Below the pieces are notes generated by a model. That model was not told the DNA's origin, made no database searches, and saw only the letters and a list, made by a program, of their open reading frames with translations. Below, piece after piece: positions 28,688-32,000 of a stretch of DNA of 32,000 nt (the first letter of the stretch is position 1; each line of letters starts with the position of its first letter). This DNA is from Dickeya solani IPO 2222 (GTDB taxonomy: Bacteria > Pseudomonadota > Gammaproteobacteria > Enterobacterales > Enterobacteriaceae). The stretch spans positions 780,001 to 812,000 of the forward strand of contig NZ_CP015137.1 of NCBI RefSeq assembly GCF_001644705.1, read 5' to 3'. Position numbers and translations under genes: made by a program.

Positions 28688-28898
28688 AAAAAAACGAAAC
28701 CCGGTCACACAGTAACTGTCTGACCGGGTCTCTGAATAGGCGGTGCCTCACTCAACGTGTCGTCCGATGTGTGATAAAGCCCAAAGGCAGTTATCAATAA
28801 AGCTGGACGATAGGCACCTTATCTTTTGGCGTCATTCCAGATGTTATGAGCATGATAGACCTTCACCATACCATCATAACCAGTTGAATGAGCAGCGA
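28688..28898 (-). ncRNA. glmY: Small RNA GlmY (decoy sRNA of the GlmY/GlmZ-glmS circuit)
   Basis: It occupies the conserved purL-glrK intergenic position, with the sigma54 promoter plus GlrR sites upstream. The 5' region GCTCATTCA resembles the E. coli GlmY 5' end. Visible helices are GTTATGA...TCATAAC and GGTGCCT (28818..28812) with AGGCACC (28748..28742). The terminator is GACCGGGTC..GACCCGGTC-type followed by TCGTTTTTTT, ending near 28688. The 5' end is estimated only to within a few nt. Confidence 0.75.
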
Positions 28899-28906
28899 CG
28901 TTATTA

Positions 28907-28922
28907 TGCACCAACCGTGCCA
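28907..28922 (-). promoter_or_regulatory. Sigma54 (-24/-12) promoter of glmY, overlapping a sigma70 -10-like CATAAT
   Basis: Reverse strand reads TGGCACGGTTGGTGCA, compared with the consensus TGGCACG-N4-TTGCW. GG and GC have the correct spacing. It is followed by TAATAA, so GCATAAT can also serve as a sigma70 -10 element, as described for E. coli glmY. Confidence 0.8.
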
Positions 28923-29038
28923 ACCATCAACAAAAATAAATAACATACTGAAATATAAATAAAAATAAAATAATCATACCAAGAATCGTCGAAATGACGA
29001 TCCGGCAGGCCCTTCAACCCGGTGGAAATTTAGCTTTT

Positions 29039-29056
29039 TGTCGCTAAAAAAAGACA
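29039..29056. promoter_or_regulatory. GlrR binding site (TGTC-N10-GACA), proximal
   Basis: TGTC-GCTAAAAAAA-GACA is a perfect match to the GlrR half-sites. It lies about 120-150 bp upstream of the sigma54 promoter. Confidence 0.75.
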
Positions 29057-29101
29057 CCCTGATGAAAAGCAAAAATAATCATTAAAAATCAAGTAGATAA
29101 A

Positions 29102-29119
29102 TGTCACCTTTTGGCGACA
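29102..29119. promoter_or_regulatory. GlrR binding site (TGTC-N10-GACA), middle
   Basis: TGTC-ACCTTTTGGC-GACA has perfect half-sites. Confidence 0.75.
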
Positions 29120-29133
29120 GACTAACATAGCGT

Positions 29134-29151
29134 TGTCGTTGATTTGAGACA
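29134..29151. promoter_or_regulatory. GlrR binding site (TGTC-N10-GACA), distal
   Basis: TGTC-GTTGATTTGA-GACA has perfect half-sites. It abuts or overlaps the T-tract of the purL terminator. Confidence 0.75.
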
Positions 29152-29177
29152 AAAAATAAAGGGACCGAAGTCCCTTT
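29151..29177 (-). terminator. Rho-independent terminator of purL
   Basis: Reverse strand reads AAAGGGAC-ttcg-GTCCCTTT followed by ATTTTTT, about 25 nt after the purL stop codon. Confidence 0.85.
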
Positions 29178-29202
29178 ATTATCAATACATTACTTTACCG
29201 CA

Positions 29203-32000
29203 TCACCCCAACTGACGGCGTGCGTTACGGAACATACGCATCCACGGGCTGTCCTCGCCCCATGTTTCCGGGTGCCAGGAGTTGCTGACCGTGCGGAACA
29301 CACGTTCCGGATGCGGCATCATCACCGTAGCGCGGCCGCTGGTGCTGGTCACCGCGGTGATACCGTTTGGCGAACCGTTCGGATTAGCCGGATAATCTTC
29401 CGTAACCTGACCGTAATTGTTCACGTAACGCAACGCCACCAGTTGATGCTGTTCCAGAGCAGCCAGATGGCTGTCGCTACGCACTTCTACATGGCCTTCA
29501 CCGTGCGACACGGCGATCGGCATACGAGAACCGGCCATATCCTGCAGGAACAGCGACGGACTATTGGTCACTTCTACCAGACTGAAACGAGCTTCAAAAC
29601 GGTCTGATTTGTTGCGCACAAAACGCGGCCAGTGCTCCGCCCCCGGAATCAGTTCACGTAGATTGGACATCATCTGGCAGCCATTACATACGCCTAACGC
29701 CAGCGTTTGCGGACGCAGGAAGAAAGCGGCGAACTCATCGCGCACCCGATCGTTGAACAGGATTGATTTCGCCCAGCCCTCACCGGCGCCCAGCACATCG
29801 CCGTAAGAGAAACCGCCACAGGCAACCAACGCCTGGAAGTCCTGCAAGTTACGGCGACCGGCCAGCAGATCGCTCATGTGAATATCAATCGCGTCAAACC
29901 CGGCGCGATGGAACGCTGCGGCCATTTCTACATGAGAGTTGACGCCCTGCTCACGCAGTACCGCTACCTTCGGGCGCGCCTGACGGCTGATGAACGGCGC
30001 GGCAATGTCTTCACGCAGGTCAAAGGTCAGCGCCACGTTCAGCCCCGGATCGTTGTCATCGGATTTGGCGTGGTGTTCCTGATCGGCGCACTGCGGGTTA
30101 TCGCGCAGACGCTGCATCTGCCAGGTGGTCTCAGCCCACCAGTTGCGCAGCGTAGTGCGGCTTTCGTGGTACACCACATCGTTGCCGCTATGAATGATGA
30201 AGTGGTTGCCGGCTTCCGCCTGCCCCAGATAATGCACGCAATCCGCCAGACCATGCTCAGCCAGTACCTGTTCTACTTCGGCACGGCGGGAAGCGTCGAT
30301 CTGGATAACAGCGCCCAGTTCTTCGTTGAACAGCACCGCCAGTGCATCTTCGCCCATGGAACCGATGTTCGCTTTGACGCCGCAATGCCCGGCAAATGCC
30401 ATCTCCGCCAGCGTGACCAGCAGACCGCCGTCTGAACGGTCGTGGTATGCCAGCAGGGCCTGATTCGCCACCAGTGCTTGCATCGCGTTGAAGAAACCCG
30501 CCAGTTGAGCCGGATTACGCACATCCGCAGTCTTGCGACCCAGTTGGCGATAAACCTGTGCCAGCGCCGTAGCGCCCAGCGCGTGATGCCCGGCTCCCAG
30601 ATCGATCATCAGCAGCACGTTGTCCTTGTCGGTACGCAACTGCGGCGTGACGGTATGACGCACGTCTTCCACGCGGGCAAAGGCGGAAATCACCAGCGAC
30701 AGCGGCGCCGTTACTGACTTGTCTTCGCCGTTTTCCTGCCAGCGGGTTTTCATCGACATGGAGTCTTTACCCACCGGAATAGTCAGCCCCAGCGCCGGAC
30801 AAAGTTCTTCGCCAACCGCCTTCACGGCTTCATACAGACCAGCGTCTTCGCCCGGATGCCCGGCCGCCGCCATCCAGTTGGCGGACAGTTTCACCCGTTT
30901 CAGCTCGCCGATATGCGTCGCCGCAATGTTGGTCAGCGCTTCCCCGACCGCCAGCCGCGCCGAAGCGGCAAAATTACGCAACGCCACCGGCGCACGTTCG
31001 CCGATGGACATGGCTTCACCGTAATAGCTATCCAGACTGGCGGTTGTCACGGCACAGTCCGCTACCGGCACCTGCCACGGCCCGACCATCTGGTCGCGTG
31101 CCACCATCCCGGTTACCGTGCGGTCACCGATGGTGATCAAGAAGGTTTTCTCGGCCACAGCGGGCAAATGCAGCACACGCTCAACCGCTTCCGCCAGATA
31201 AATGCCTTCACGATTCAACGGCGTGCCTTCCACCTCTTTACGCTCGACATCACGCAGCATTTTCGGCGCTTTGCCCAGCAGCACGTCCAGCGGCATGTCG
31301 ATCGGCTTGTTGTTGAAATGGCGATCGTTGAGCGTCAGGTGCTGTTCTTCAGTGGCTTCGCCAATGACCGCATAAGGCGCGCGTTCACGACGGCAGATTT
31401 CACCAAACAGCGCCAGTTGTTCCGGCGCTACCGCCAGCACATAACGCTCCTGCGATTCGTTACACCAGACTTCCAGCGGGCTCATGCCCGGCTCATCATT
31501 CAGGATGTCGCGCAGCTCAAAACGACCGCCGCGACCGCCGTCGCTAACCAGTTCCGGCATGGCGTTGGACAGGCCGCCCGCACCGACGTCATGGATAAAC
31601 AGAATCGGGTTCTGTTCGCCGAGCTGCCAGCAGCGGTCGATCACTTCCTGACAGCGACGCTCCATTTCCGGGTTATCGCGCTGTACCGAGGCAAAATCCA
31701 AATCCGCGTCAGACTGACCGGAGGTCATAGAAGACGCCGCGCCGCCGCCCAGACCAATGTTCATCGCCGGGCCGCCCAGCACAATCAGCTTGGCGCCGAT
31801 GCTGATTTCGCCTTTTTTCACATGTTCGGCGCGAATGTTGCCGATACCGCCCGCCAGCATGATCGGTTTATGATAGCCACGCACTTCAACGCCGTTATGG
31901 CTGTCTACCGCTTCTTCATAAGTACGGAAATAACCGGTCAGCGCCGGACGGCCGAATTCGTTATTGAACGCCGCGCCGCCCAACGGGCCGTCGGTCATGA
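29203..32000 (-). CDS. purL: Phosphoribosylformylglycinamidine synthase PurL (large single-chain form), C-terminal ~930 aa; gene runs off the right edge
   Basis: The ORF is open to the window edge. It contains FGAM synthase domains and the C-terminal glutaminase domain with GVCNGCQMM (catalytic Cys) and ...[10 protein letters not shown]. The ATG at 31998 is internal, since full-length E. coli PurL is about 1295 aa. Confidence 0.96.
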   Translation of the reverse strand, partial: MTDGPLGGAAFNNEFGRPALTGYFRTYEEAVDSHNGVEVRGYHKPIMLAGGIGNIRAEHVKKGEISIGAKLIVLGGPAMNIGLGGGAASSMTSGQSDADLDFASVQRDNPEMERRCQEVIDRCWQLGEQNPILFIHDVGAGGLSNAMPELVSDGGRGGRFELRDILNDEPGMSPLEVWCNESQERYVLAVAPEQLALFGEICRRERAPYAVIGEATEEQHLTLNDRHFNNKPIDMPLDVLLGKAPKMLRDVERKEVEGTPLNREGIYLAEAVERVLHLPAVAEKTFLITIGDRTVTGMVARDQMVGPWQVPVADCAVTTASLDSYYGEAMSIGERAPVALRNFAASARLAVGEALTNIAATHIGELKRVKLSANWMAAAGHPGEDAGLYEAVKAVGEELCPALGLTIPVGKDSMSMKTRWQENGEDKSVTAPLSLVISAFARVEDVRHTVTPQLRTDKDNVLLMIDLGAGHHALGATALAQVYRQLGRKTADVRNPAQLAGFFNAMQALVANQALLAYHDRSDGGLLVTLAEMAFAGHCGVKANIGSMGEDALAVLFNEELGAVIQIDASRRAEVEQVLAEHGLADCVHYLGQAEAGNHFIIHSGNDVVYHESRTTLRNWWAETTWQMQRLRDNPQCADQEHHAKSDDNDPGLNVALTFDLREDIAAPFISRQARPKVAVLREQGVNSHVEMAAAFHRAGFDAIDIHMSDLLAGRRNLQDFQALVACGGFSYGDVLGAGEGWAKSILFNDRVRDEFAAFFLRPQTLALGVCNGCQMMSNLRELIPGAEHWPRFVRNKSDRFEARFSLVEVTNSPSLFLQDMAGSRMPIAVSHGEGHVEVRSDSHLAALEQHQLVALRYVNNYGQVTEDYPANPNGSPNGITAVTSTSGRATVMMPHPERVFRTVSNSWHPETWGEDSPWMRMFRNARRQLG

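Noticed and set aside
28743-28943. 66-aa + strand ORF in the glrK-purL gap
   Set aside because: It overlaps the glmY sRNA and its sigma54 promoter on the opposite strand and has no Shine-Dalgarno. The region is better explained as non-coding RNA plus promoter.
28921-29038. IHF site between the GlrR sites and the sigma54 promoter
   Set aside because: The spacer is A/T-rich, as expected for a bent enhancer loop. I could not find a convincing WATCAANNNNTTR match on either strand, so I make no call.

Overview
This window looks like a chromosomal segment of a soft-rot enterobacterium, most likely Dickeya (Erwinia chrysanthemi group). The call rests on proteins I recognise by eye; no database search was possible. 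The backbone follows the E. coli K-12 hscA-to-purL region: hscA-hscB-iscA-iscU-iscS-iscR, trmJ, suhB, then hcaT, glyA, hmp, then glnB, glrR, qseG (yfhG), glrK, the sRNA gene glmY, and purL. Two accessory blocks interrupt this backbone. Block 1 (about 5.9-12.3 kb) holds three metal-related units: a Fur-box-preceded ABC importer (binding protein, permease, ATPase), a second convergent paralogous binding protein with its own strong Fur box, and a DUF1007 / NicO-like membrane protein pair whose start codon lies inside a near-consensus Zur box. Block 2 (about 16.4-24.4 kb) is the pectinolysis cluster pelA-pelE-pelD-paeY-pemA, with long AT-rich control regions, KdgR-like boxes and a CRP site. The ORF track cannot show the non-coding glmY locus. 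There I read a sigma54 promoter, three perfect TGTC-N10-GACA GlrR sites, a structured roughly 210-nt RNA and a terminator. I found no CRISPR array, tRNA or rRNA gene, IS element, integrase, prophage or recognisable defence system. I see no convincing evidence for an entirely new system. The least characterised biology is the Zur-box DUF1007/NicO pair and the dual-binding-protein Fur-regulated importer. Most long ORFs opposite known genes are antisense shadows typical of GC-rich coding sequence.
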